64,000 nt of DNA from Candidatus Heimdallarchaeota archaeon (lineage in GTDB: Archaea; Asgardarchaeota; Heimdallarchaeia; Heimdallarchaeales; Heimdallarchaeaceae), in contig JAUVXV010000004.1 of the NCBI GenBank assembly GCA_030603365.1, positions 256,001 through 320,000 of the forward strand. Reading direction: 5' to 3'. The position numbers and the translations under genes are program-made. The notes beneath the pieces were generated by a model. The model was not told where the DNA came from and did not search any database. It saw only the letters and a list, made by a program, of their open reading frames with translations. Below, in pieces: positions 32,042 through 42,026 of this stretch. Positions within the stretch are counted from its first letter, which is position 1, and every line of letters starts with the position of its first letter.

Positions 32042-33039
32042 CTATTTCAGAAACTCTTTAGGAATATATATAGCAAACTTACATTCCAGAGCACCAGTAA
32101 GAGGTGTTTCTAGAGGTTTAACCTTAACTGATTGATCAAAGATTATATCCCAGTATTGTTTAAAGAATCCTGCACTGCAATTACAGAAGTTGGATGAGAT
32201 ATCTTTTTCTTCTCCTTTTTTAATGGCCCCTCGTACCCATGCACAGTAGCAGCTAAAGTATCTTTTCATTTTTCTATCTTCAGCACTTAGAAATTTTTCC
32301 ATCTGATAAGGTATTTTTGTGACTATGATTTTGTTCCCTTCTCTTATTCCTGGAGTTATAGTTTTACTATTCTTTACATAATTGATAACTTCAGCATTGA
32401 TATATTGAGCATATTCTAATGTTCCTTCTTTTGCATGTTTTTCAAGTCTCTCAACAAATTCTTGTTTCTTTATTTTCAGAAATTCATCTATATCATTTAT
32501 GTTCAAGAAATCTTCTCTGTCTTTTTTGATGGGTTCAATTGGACGACCATGCAAACAAGGAGCTAATAACTCAATTGTTTTTTCTTCTCCTATTGCTTCT
32601 TCAAGTCTTTTCATTACTATCTTAGTTACTTCTGGCTTATTATCTGGATTTGAACCTAAAGGAGGAATAACTATATTTTCAAAAATTCTCTCACGAATGT
32701 CTTCACCATGTTTTTCTGCAATTCGGACAGAGAGATTATCCATAGCATTATAGGCTTCCACAATATCAATTAGTTCAACTACAAAATCATACTTTTTTAC
32801 AAAATTAGCATAGTTAAACAAGGCACGAATAAAATCTAAAACTGTTCTTGATCTTCATTAACAAGATGTTGTGTATAATCTAAGATTATTCCTTTTGGTA
32901 TTGAATTTAGTTTTAAATTCTTTTTTTCAAGAAATTTTCTGAATTCATCTAAACTTGTTGAGAAGATAAGAACTTGGTCTTTTTGTATGCCTTTCTGTTT
33001 GAGATGCTTTTCAAATGTTTCATCAATCAAGATTATCAC
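32042..33039 (-). pseudogene. DUF6144-like protein split by a 1-nt deletion (ORFs 32836-33039 and 32042-32821)
   Basis: Restoring one A near 32845 joins ...NEDQE to TVLDFIRALFNYANF. C-terminal CYCAWVR, FCNCSAGF and CKFAI. May be a sequencing error. Confidence 0.65.
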
Positions 33040-33164
33040 ATTTTGACTTTTTTTTCAAATGAGGTTATTTGCTTGATTCTTGTTTCTTAGACAGTTATAT
33101 ATTCTCTGTCTAGATATTAAAATAGAAATAGAAAATGAAAACAAGACCGAGTTGGTCTTCTTTC

Positions 33165-33884
33165 TTATTTTCTTTTGCTCTTGAACTTAGCTTTTGATAC
33201 AATAAATCCTAGAACAAATATTCCTGATAAAACACCAATTGTTGATATTGGTAGCCCTGTTGTATCAGTATTGTCGTCTGGTAACTCGCATTCATTGTCG
33301 AATTCATCGACCCAGCCAGAATTGGGGGCTATGTCTTCTAGTGTACTTAATGTGCTTGCTCTGGCCACTCCTTGAACAACATAACCTGTTCCAAGTGGTT
33401 GTTCTCTGTAAATTGCACCATTTATATCGAAAGTTATATTATAATCTGAAACAACTGCAATATCCAAATCTGGGATTACATCTTCCCAACTGTTGCCATC
33501 CCAGTAAAATGTTCCTTCTACTTTGTCACTTCCATCAGATGTGAGATAATAGCGATATGCTAGGATATAAGAAGTATTTAGCCATTGATCACCATTCCAT
33601 CTACAATCGAAATGAGCTCTATATTCGAATACTTCTTCACTCCAATTTGTTGTATCTGGATAAGTATCATGCATACTTGTGTCAATCAAGATGTTGTAAT
33701 GTCTCCAAATGTTTGCTCCACTATCATTGAAATATGGATTTTCGTTCAAAGTAATCGTTAAAGATGTTTTAGAGATTGATAGTTTTGTGATATCAAAATA
33801 GGTTGCAGAAGCATCTCCAACGGTATCATTTTCCCAACCAGCATAAATTGAATTTGTATTAATTATTGTTACAAACAATAACAC
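33165..33884 (-). CDS. Secreted/surface protein with C-terminal membrane anchor
   Basis: Hydrophobic N-terminus, beta-rich acidic body, and C-terminal TM with basic tail. The frame extends upstream to ATA 33923 (IRRRSIIISIL). Confidence 0.75.
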   Translation of the reverse strand: MLLFVTIINTNSIYAGWENDTVGDASATYFDITKLSISKTSLTITLNENPYFNDSGANIWRHYNILIDTSMHDTYPDTTNWSEEVFEYRAHFDCRWNGDQWLNTSYILAYRYYLTSDGSDKVEGTFYWDGNSWEDVIPDLDIAVVSDYNITFDINGAIYREQPLGTGYVVQGVARASTLSTLEDIAPNSGWVDEFDNECELPDDNTDTTGLPISTIGVLSGIFVLGFIVSKAKFKSKRK

Positions 33885-33980
33885 TATTGTTAAAATGGAA
33901 ATAATAATACTTCGTCTTCTTATACTATAATATCAATTTAATTTGTTAAAAACCTAACTTAAATTGCAAGTTAATACTTC

Positions 33981-34532
33981 TTACACAGTTGTATCGCTTT
34001 TCTTTGTATTGGTTAGGTTTATTCTTTCAACAAGTAATTCTGCAAATTCATCTCCCGCTTCCTTACATTCTCTTGATAAAGGAATTTGGAAAAACAGTTG
34101 TTTAGGTTGAATACCTACATACAACGTTACCAAATCTGGAATTTCTGGTTTCAGAAATTCTTCTAACATTGTCAAAGATAATGAATGAGTGGACAAATGA
34201 AACCCACTAGAAACTGCTTCTTTTGGGAATATTCCAATTGCTCCTGGAATTTCTTTCATATCTGCTGCATCTAATAAAATAATACGATTTGGACCAAATT
34301 TTCTTATTTTTCCAAGAAAATGTTCAGGTACTTTTTCACAATAAAAATTAGTAACCCATTCTGGTAGATTTTCTTCTTGAAGGATTTTGAGAATATACAA
34401 ACCTACTGCATCATCACCGTTATCTTCATTTCCAATGCCTAGAATTGCCAGTTTGTTTGCATTAACTAAAAAATCATCTATTGCTTTGATGAACTCTTCT
34501 GTAAAAGGTTCCTTAGCCTCTTTACTATTCAT
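33981..34532 (-). CDS. hycI: Hydrogenase maturation protease HycI
   Basis: LGIGNEDNGDDAVG, VPE, ILLDAAD and STHSLSL. Confidence 0.93.
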   Translation of the reverse strand: MNSKEAKEPFTEEFIKAIDDFLVNANKLAILGIGNEDNGDDAVGLYILKILQEENLPEWVTNFYCEKVPEHFLGKIRKFGPNRIILLDAADMKEIPGAIGIFPKEAVSSGFHLSTHSLSLTMLEEFLKPEIPDLVTLYVGIQPKQLFFQIPLSRECKEAGDEFAELLVERINLTNTKKSDTTV

Positions 34533-34596
34533 TGGTTGAAAATTAATAGTCTCTTGATAAGTTCTTCTTTTGAAGTAAAAATAAGGATATAATAGT

Positions 34597-35475
34597 TTAG
34601 TTTTTAATATCCTTTAGAAACTCAAGAACAACTTTGCTACACTCTTCCGGAAAGAACAGCCACACATGTGCATGCTTCCCTCCTTTGATGTGAACAATCT
34701 TACTTTCAGAGAGTAAAGATCTGAAGTATTTCAGTGCATTTCTGAATTTTTCGTTTTTCCAATTTTCTTCCCTTGGAAGAAAAAGTACAGGAATTTTGAT
34801 GCTTTGATAGTATTCTTCAAATTTTGTTGTCCAATAATTCTGCATATAACTTTCACTTACCCAAAGAGGTACTGTTCCAGTATACTTCCCTTCAGGGGTT
34901 TTGTATATCTCATACTCTGCCATTGTCTTGACATGTTCATTCCAAAAACCACGGGGTTCATACGTGTCCTTTAGTTTTTTAAGTAATTCCTCTGGCGAAT
35001 CATAAAAAACTTGAGATGCTCTAATTCTCTCAAGCATTTGCTCACTTTCTTTCTTCTTATCTTCTTCTGAAGGATTACTTAATCCATAGTGACCATAAAC
35101 ATTGTTCATTGCGCTGCCTTCAACAACCACAGAAAGCACTTTATCAGCATATCTTGCTGCAATACTTACAGATAGTTCAGCACCAAGAGAACTCCCAACA
35201 AAGTGGGCATGATTTATACCAAGTTTCTCCATTAGTACAATAATATCATCTGCCATTTCATCAATATGATAGTTTGTTTTTGGTTTATCTGAAAGACCAT
35301 GACCTCGGTAATCGATTAATATTAACCTGTATTTATCTTTGAAATAAGGTATTACTCCATTCCACATTGCAAGCGATGAAAACCCAAAGTGCAAGAAAAT
35401 AACGGTCTCTTTTTCACAAGGATATTCGTTATAATGTATTTTTATTTTATTAACTTCTATATACTTATCAATCAT
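34597..35475 (-). CDS. Alpha/beta hydrolase
   Basis: FLHFG, DYRGHGLS, nucleophile elbow GSSLG and a C-terminal His. Confidence 0.9.
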   Translation of the reverse strand: MIDKYIEVNKIKIHYNEYPCEKETVIFLHFGFSSLAMWNGVIPYFKDKYRLILIDYRGHGLSDKPKTNYHIDEMADDIIVLMEKLGINHAHFVGSSLGAELSVSIAARYADKVLSVVVEGSAMNNVYGHYGLSNPSEEDKKKESEQMLERIRASQVFYDSPEELLKKLKDTYEPRGFWNEHVKTMAEYEIYKTPEGKYTGTVPLWVSESYMQNYWTTKFEEYYQSIKIPVLFLPREENWKNEKFRNALKYFRSLLSESKIVHIKGGKHAHVWLFFPEECSKVVLEFLKDIKN

Positions 35476-35565
35476 ACTGAGTCTCCTCTTTGTTTTTTAC
35501 TAAGCAAAATTTCACAAATTTACTCTGTTATATATCTGCAGTTTAAATGACCTAAAATAGCAATG

Positions 35566-35572
35566 TTTAAAA
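35566..35572 (+). promoter_or_regulatory. TATA box of the SRP RNA gene
   Basis: TTTAAAA about 27 nt before the precursor stem. A T6 terminator lies at 35939-35944. Confidence 0.55.
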
Positions 35573-35616
35573 TAGTCTGACTCCTTTTTGCAATTACGAA
35601 ACTGAGTCGATAGCAA

Positions 35617-35918
35617 CGACTAGCCGGGGACCTAGGGCGTCCTTGTACCAGAAGCGCTCTATATGCTGGGGTGAAATCTGTTGCTGAGGCTTCGTTGAAG
35701 TTGATACGCCTTATCCGGAAAGTGTCGAAGCGTCGACCCGCAGGACTGTGTATTTCAGAGGCGATTTCAGAGGAAATCGTTAGAAAGGATAAGATCAAAA
35801 TGGGCCAGGCACGGAAGTGAGAAGCTCTAAGATCGATATGTGGTGCTTACGGTCATCGGCGTGGAGCTTATGGGTAAGAAACGGCTTCTGATGCGATGTC
35901 GAACTTCAGGTCGCTATG
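35617..35918 (+). ncRNA. ffs: Archaeal SRP (7S) RNA; precursor about 35600-35930 with terminal BHB
   Basis: Alu-like start CUAGCCGGGGACCUAGGGCGUCCUUGUACC. Helix 6 GCGAUUUC-AGAG-GAAAUCGU. Helix 8 GGGC-CAGG-CAC-GGAA-GUG-AGAA-GCUC. About 300 nt and GC-rich. Confidence 0.92.
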
Positions 35919-36004
35919 TTCGGCTCAGTTGTCGACCATTTTTTCCAAAAACTCTATTAATAACCAAATTTTACTTAACTTCCTTAAGAATTCAATGTGA
36001 GACA

Positions 36005-37959
36005 ATGAAACATATCTTAAATTCTGAACTAAAAAGTATTGAGAAGTTAGTAATTCAAGGTGAATATAAGCAGGCCCATGAATTGATAGATCAATACTTA
36101 GATAATGTAGGTCTTTCCATTGAGGATCATATAAACTGTAAAATCCTCAAAACCAGAATTTACTACCTCACACAACCCTACTCTTTAAGTTTAGAATTTG
36201 GTGAAGATGCTCTTGAGAAAAGTAAGGAAATTAGTAATAATTACTTGATTTTTGATTCCGCAATCCGGATTTGTAATATTCTTATGATTACAGGAAGAAT
36301 TGATGAGATGCGGAAAAAACTTGAAATTGTTGAACAAGCTCTGAATTCTATCGAAAATAAAGATGATATCGAATATCTTAGAAGAAAATCACTCTTTCTC
36401 AGATCTAGACACGGTTATAGCTCAGGGTTTGATGTTATATTTGAAAGTTTGAGTCAAAGTATGAAAATAGCAGAACAAATTAATGATGATTATGAAAAAG
36501 CAAGGGTTTTATTTGATCTAGGTAATCTACACAGCTTCTTTGATAAGAAGTCAGAGGCTCTCACATTTTATGAACAATGCTTAACTGTTGCTGAAAAGAC
36601 TGGTGATATTGAACTAATGATGGGATCACAAACTAATACTGCAGACATATATATGTTAAAAGGAGAACTAGAAGAAGCATTTAAACTTCATAAGAACGCA
36701 CTAGTATTAGCAAAAAAAATGAACTCGCCTTTCATTGTAGCTATTCTTCTTGGAGACATTGGTTTTCATTATTGGCATAAAGGAGATATAATATCAATGT
36801 ACAGTTATTATGAACAAAGTATAGCTTCTTTCGAACAAGCTAAAAATACTACTCATTGGCATTATCCAACATCTATTTTTAATTTAGCTCTGATCTCGTT
36901 AGAATTGGAAGATGTGAAAAGAGCTGTAGAAATTCAAGATAAAATTGAATCTATTAAAAACCAACATGAAGATACACACCTCAGTCACAGACTATTCACT
37001 CTTTTAAAGGTAATAATTCTTAAACATCAATTATTTCAAGGGAAGGAAACAGATACAAAAACACGTTTACAAATAGAAAGAATATTGGAAGACGTATCTT
37101 TTGCTAAATTTGTATATGCCGATCTTAATAAAATTGCTTTGTTTCATCTTTGTGATTTTTATGTTAATGAGTATCATTCTTCGAAGGATGATTCAATATA
37201 TGAAAAGCTAAAAACAACTATTTCTAGATTTACACAAAGAGCTGACAAGCAAAAATCCTACGTCTTACTCGCTGAAGCTTATTTGTTTGAATCCCAGATG
37301 AAGTTAATAGATTTCAATACAAATGAAGCTAAAAACCTATTGAATAAAGCCCAGAAAATAGCCGATGAAAAAGGCATTTACAAGCTTGGGACTTTAATCT
37401 CAAACACGCATGATAAACTTATTGAGCAACACGATTTGTGGGAAAACGCTACACATCAGTTACCAGATATTATTGAAAGGATGGGTTGTCTCATCTAGAG
37501 GATTTATTAGACAAACTTGTACACAACAAAATCTCCTATGCGGATGTTATTCAAGAAGCAGAGAAACCAAGTGTTTTTGTAATAATTAACAAAGAAGGTT
37601 ATGTTTCTTTTGTTGAGAATTTCGAAACTCAACATTTAGAAGACGAGTTATTGAATGAGATTACAGGAGTTATACTGAACTCAAAAATCATGGAGGATGG
37701 TTCAGATAATTTCATTGAACGAGCAAGAATCAGGGGGTACAATATAATTTTTCGTGATCTTGAAGGAATCAGACTTTGCTATGCGTTTATAGGAAAATCC
37801 TATTCTGCAATCAATAAATTTAGAGTTCTAATTAAAGAATTTCATGAATTAAGTAATATATGGTTTGACTTGAATGAGAAAATATCCATTCAACGAAAAA
37901 TTGAGCTAAATGATCGTATTCGGCTTTCTAAATATTTGCAAACTATTTTCGTAGAATAA
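36005..37959 (+). pseudogene. TPR-repeat protein with C-terminal longin-like domain, split by a 1-nt deletion
   Basis: TPR repeats start at ATG 36005. At 37481, ATGGGTTGTCTCAT needs one extra base to read MGLSHLEDLL into ORF 37486-37959. May be a sequencing error. Confidence 0.7.
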
Positions 37960-37982
37960 AAAAAAGAGTGAATTTGTGAAGA

Positions 37983-38582
37983 CTAGTAAGTTTCACAAAG
38001 TAGTTCGAAATAATTATGTGGATGACTGCAACTTGGACAGGTATGTGGTGGTTCCTCACCTTCGTGGACATATCCACATTTTCGACAAACCCATTTCATC
38101 TTTTGATCTTTTTTAAAGACTGTACCTGCTTCTACCTGTTCAAGAAGTTTCTTGTAACGATCTTCATGGTGCACTTCAGCTTGTCCGATTGCTCTTAACC
38201 TTGTAGCGATTTTAGAGTGACCCTCCTTCTCTGCAATATCTGCAAACTCTGGATACATTATTGTGTGTTCATAATTTTCTCCTGCGATTGCAGCTTTAAG
38301 ATTTGTAATTGTATCATCTAAAATTAATGGTGCTTCTGCATCAACATGAATTGCTTCCTCTTTGAACTTTAGTTTCTTCCTTAATTGGTTGAGCATTTGA
38401 AAGTTCCATTTTGCATGTTCTCTTTCATTATCAGCTGTGATGAGAAAGATGTCAGCAATTTGTTCGTATCCCGCTTTTTTAGCAACCTTGGAGTACATCT
38501 GGTAGCGATTTCGTGCTTGACTTTCACCGATGAATGCTTTGGCTAGATTTTTCATTGTTTCACTCATTATTATACTCTCCAT
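37983..38582 (-). CDS. rbr: Rubrerythrin
   Basis: AFIGESQARNRY, EREH, GENYE, EVHHE and rubredoxin-like CRKCG...CPSC. Confidence 0.95.
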   Translation of the reverse strand: MESIIMSETMKNLAKAFIGESQARNRYQMYSKVAKKAGYEQIADIFLITADNEREHAKWNFQMLNQLRKKLKFKEEAIHVDAEAPLILDDTITNLKAAIAGENYEHTIMYPEFADIAEKEGHSKIATRLRAIGQAEVHHEDRYKKLLEQVEAGTVFKKDQKMKWVCRKCGYVHEGEEPPHTCPSCSHPHNYFELLCETY

Positions 38583-38665
38583 TGAGTTAAATTTTGTGTG
38601 TTTGGTACCAAAAAAATTGCTACTTTAAATTTGTTTTGCTATAAAACATAGCATTAAATTAACCT

Positions 38666-39607
38666 TTAATTTCGAGATGAACTTAATTGATTTTTTAACC
38701 AACAACCTTTGCAGAACTCACCAGTAGTGGCCTCTCCACAAATGGTACAGTCTTTCAATTCTTTTTTGGATGGGGTCTGTTGAATCATTTTTAGGAGTTT
38801 TTCATTTCCTCGTAAGATATTAAAAGAAAGCATAGGTTGTTTTTCTTGTGTGTTAAATATAAACTCCCTAACTTCACCACGATATGCTTCAACTGCATAA
38901 GGACATTGAATCTCTTGATATTCAAGATCATTAAGATAACAATACATTACTATCTCAGCTTGAGGTGTATTTCGGAAAGGTTTTGCTCTTGGAACTAAGT
39001 TTTTGTGAATTTTCCTTGGGGTTGGGTTTAGCCTTGCTAATCTCTGTATATCTCCTCTGATGATATTTAGAAGAATAGTTTCAGCTTCATCTTCAAGATT
39101 GTGACCGGTGAGTACTACATCTGCACCTATTTCCAAAGCAGCTTGGTTCAAAATTTTTCTTCTTAGAATTCCACAATAAGAACATGCACCAAACTCTCTG
39201 CCTTCTCCTCTTTCCCCTAATTTTTTTATAATCTCATCAAGTTCATAGCCGAAATCGTTCTTAAACGAATAAACATGGTGTTCAATATCAAGTTTTTTGA
39301 CAATCTTTTGAGCATACAGCATACCTTCATCTCTGTATTCTGCAATTCCTTCATCTATTGTAATGGCAACTATTTCGCTTTCTGGAAAATCGGATTCTAT
39401 TTTAGCTAAAATATCTAAAAGTGCTATGCTGTCCTTTCCGCCTGAAACACCAACTGCAACCTTATCATCTCTTTTCAGCATTTTGTGTTTGGTAATGGTA
39501 CGCTGCACTCTTTTAATCATCTGTTCATTAAAGTGCTTTGAACAAACCGCTAATTTGTCATACTGACGAACATATACGACTTGTTTTTCACAGAAAGCGC
39601 ATTTCAT
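38666..39607 (-). CDS. tRNA 2-thiolation protein (TtuA/NcsA/CTU1 family)
   Basis: PP-loop SGGKDS, CSYCGILRR, TGHNLED, CPY and terminal Zn fingers. Confidence 0.92.
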   Translation of the reverse strand: MKCAFCEKQVVYVRQYDKLAVCSKHFNEQMIKRVQRTITKHKMLKRDDKVAVGVSGGKDSIALLDILAKIESDFPESEIVAITIDEGIAEYRDEGMLYAQKIVKKLDIEHHVYSFKNDFGYELDEIIKKLGERGEGREFGACSYCGILRRKILNQAALEIGADVVLTGHNLEDEAETILLNIIRGDIQRLARLNPTPRKIHKNLVPRAKPFRNTPQAEIVMYCYLNDLEYQEIQCPYAVEAYRGEVREFIFNTQEKQPMLSFNILRGNEKLLKMIQQTPSKKELKDCTICGEATTGEFCKGCWLKNQLSSSRN

Positions 39608-39616
39608 TTTTTAACC

Positions 39617-40807
39617 TCATAATATCATTGGCAATATGATGTTGATAACTAGAATTAGGAGTGATACGATTCTAATCCCATTTAGTATTCGTTTGTATTT
39701 ATTTTCTTCTGGAACTTTGTTCTTTAAATAAATTTGGAGTATCTTGTCACCATCAGTCATAACTAATGGTAGCATATTTAGAAAGACAGCCATAATACTG
39801 ATATTCAAAGTATAAGTTATCTGTAAATCCCAATAATACGGAAACCAGATTGTTTGCCATTCTGCTTTTGGTGGATAATAGTTGTAAATATTTACGCCCA
39901 GATAAATTTTTGAAGAACTGGTTTCATTTGAACTTGGGTTAATTTTAGTTGGCACTAATGTAATATTCGTATCATCTAAGAGTGTGATATAGAATGTATC
40001 AGCATCTAGATTTGCTAACATGATTGAACTATAGTCATTTATGTTTGAAACTGGTTCATATAATATTCCGCTTAAAGAATCATTATACTTTCCAATACTA
40101 ACAATAACATCCCCCACTTCAATTCCTACAATATCTGCTGGATAACTTTCATAGATGTTCGTTATTAACACTCCACTAGAAGGACCATATCCAATAGATG
40201 TGATTGCAGGAGTTAAGAAATAAAGAGCTACAAAAAATATGGATAAAACTGCATTGACAGCTGATCCATTCAGAAGAACCTTGATTCTGCTTTTTGAATC
40301 TGCTTTTTCCATAGATTCTCTTACAAGCTCCACAAACCCCCCAAAAAAGACAAGAACAAGAAAAATACCTGATGTTTTAATTTCAATACCTTCTCTTCTT
40401 GCCATTACAGCATGAGCAATTTCATGCGGAATCAGTACAACTAAAATTGGAAAGATAAAGAGAAGAGCCATCTTAAAATCAATTGTCACACCTGGAATAA
40501 TTAGTTGTAATCCCAACCCAGCTGGAGAATTGAACAGAACTAGAAAAGGATTCACAAGAAAGAATCCCAATAGACCTATTGTTATGATTCCCGTAAGAAT
40601 TTTACCTAAATTATAAATAAATTTCCAGAATCTTTTCCCCTTGTCTCCCATTTTTTCTAGTATTTTATTAAAGTACTTTGTTCGAAAAATTATACCAACT
40701 GGTATGATGTAAATTCCATATTTTTTAAGGTTCAACAAATTGGCGATGTAAGATAAAACTAGTAACCCTATTAGCACAATTAGTATAATCTGGAAAGTTG
40801 TTAGCAT
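39617..40807 (-). CDS. Site-2 protease (M50) with PDZ domain
   Basis: HEIAH, GGFVE and NMLPLVMTDG, plus a PDZ segment GVLITNIYESYPA..GIEVGDVI. Confidence 0.92.
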   Translation of the reverse strand: MLTTFQIILIVLIGLLVLSYIANLLNLKKYGIYIIPVGIIFRTKYFNKILEKMGDKGKRFWKFIYNLGKILTGIITIGLLGFFLVNPFLVLFNSPAGLGLQLIIPGVTIDFKMALLFIFPILVVLIPHEIAHAVMARREGIEIKTSGIFLVLVFFGGFVELVRESMEKADSKSRIKVLLNGSAVNAVLSIFFVALYFLTPAITSIGYGPSSGVLITNIYESYPADIVGIEVGDVIVSIGKYNDSLSGILYEPVSNINDYSSIMLANLDADTFYITLLDDTNITLVPTKINPSSNETSSSKIYLGVNIYNYYPPKAEWQTIWFPYYWDLQITYTLNISIMAVFLNMLPLVMTDGDKILQIYLKNKVPEENKYKRILNGIRIVSLLILVINIILPMIL

Positions 40808-40925
40808 CAGTAACTCTGTTGCCTATTTTGTTATATGTCTTTAAAAAACTGCTTTTCTGATTAATTTCTTACTAGTATATCAGAAAACTGATTCTTTTTA
40901 ATACCTAGAAGCTATCTTTTGAAAA

Positions 40926-42026
40926 ATGAATAAAATCTCACAATGGCATGGTAATCTTGTTGTCGGAAACCCAAGTGAAGGTTGTAGATTATGCTCACTA
41001 GGTTCAAAAATGGTTTTATTCATTACTGGAAAGTGTGATTCCAATTGTTTTTATTGTCCAATTACTAAAGAAAAAAGACATGATATTATTTTTGCTAATG
41101 AACAGCAAATTGATACTATTGATCAAGCAATTAATGAAGCTCATATGATTTCTGCTTTAGGGGTCGGGATAACGGGTGGAGATCCCTCTCTTACACTAGG
41201 CAGGGTTATAGAGTATATTTCTGCATTCAAAAAAGAGTTTGGACAGAAGTTTCATTGTCACCTTTACACATCCCATGCATTAACAAAAGTTCATCTAAAT
41301 CAGTTGCATACAGCTGGTTTAGATGAGATAAGATTTCATCCTCCAGTACTAAACCTAACAGATAACATTAAGGAATCAATTAGGATTGCACAATCTCTTG
41401 ATTGGCAAGTTGGAATTGAAATACCTGTGATTCCTGATAAACGTGATAAAATAATCAGAATAATCAATTTTGCAATCGAGTTAAATCTGAGTTTTGTGAA
41501 TCTTAATGAGTTTGAAATCACAGAAGCCAATGTAGAAAAATTGCATAATTTCGGTTATAAAGTGAAAAATGAAATAAGTGCAGCTGTGGAAGGAAGTGAT
41601 ACTTTAGCAGAAGAACTTCTTAATCAATTCAAAAAATCTCCTGTTACTATTCATTTCTGCTCAGCTGGATATAAAGATGGAGTGCAGTTGAAGAACCGTT
41701 TGATTAGAAGAGCAAAGAATTATAGCCAGAAATTTGATGAAATAACCAATGAAGGTTTACTTGTTAGAGGTAGGATAATTCTTCGAGAAAAAAGTATAAT
41801 CTCACAAATTGTTCTAGACCTTCAAACTACTTTTAATATCCAACAAAGTGACTTAGAAGTGAATGAAGGTAAAAAATGTATTTTTGTTAATTGGAAAACT
41901 GCAAGAAAAATAGGAGATTATTTAGTCGGAAAGTATTCAGATAAGATTGATAGCATAGAAATTATTCATCAATACCCCTATCAAAATGGTATTATCACAT
42001 ATCTTGAACCTTTATACGAATCTTAA
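40926..42026 (+). CDS. Conserved archaeal radical SAM protein
   Basis: GCRLC, CDSNCFYC, ITGGDP and GLDEIRFHP. Confidence 0.9.
   Translation: MNKISQWHGNLVVGNPSEGCRLCSLGSKMVLFITGKCDSNCFYCPITKEKRHDIIFANEQQIDTIDQAINEAHMISALGVGITGGDPSLTLGRVIEYISAFKKEFGQKFHCHLYTSHALTKVHLNQLHTAGLDEIRFHPPVLNLTDNIKESIRIAQSLDWQVGIEIPVIPDKRDKIIRIINFAIELNLSFVNLNEFEITEANVEKLHNFGYKVKNEISAAVEGSDTLAEELLNQFKKSPVTIHFCSAGYKDGVQLKNRLIRRAKNYSQKFDEITNEGLLVRGRIILREKSIISQIVLDLQTTFNIQQSDLEVNEGKKCIFVNWKTARKIGDYLVGKYSDKIDSIEIIHQYPYQNGIITYLEPLYES

Noticed and set aside
35520-36004. ORF 35520-35798 and the N-terminal extension of ORF 35840
   Set aside because: Both overlap the SRP RNA. The TPR gene more plausibly starts at ATG 36005.
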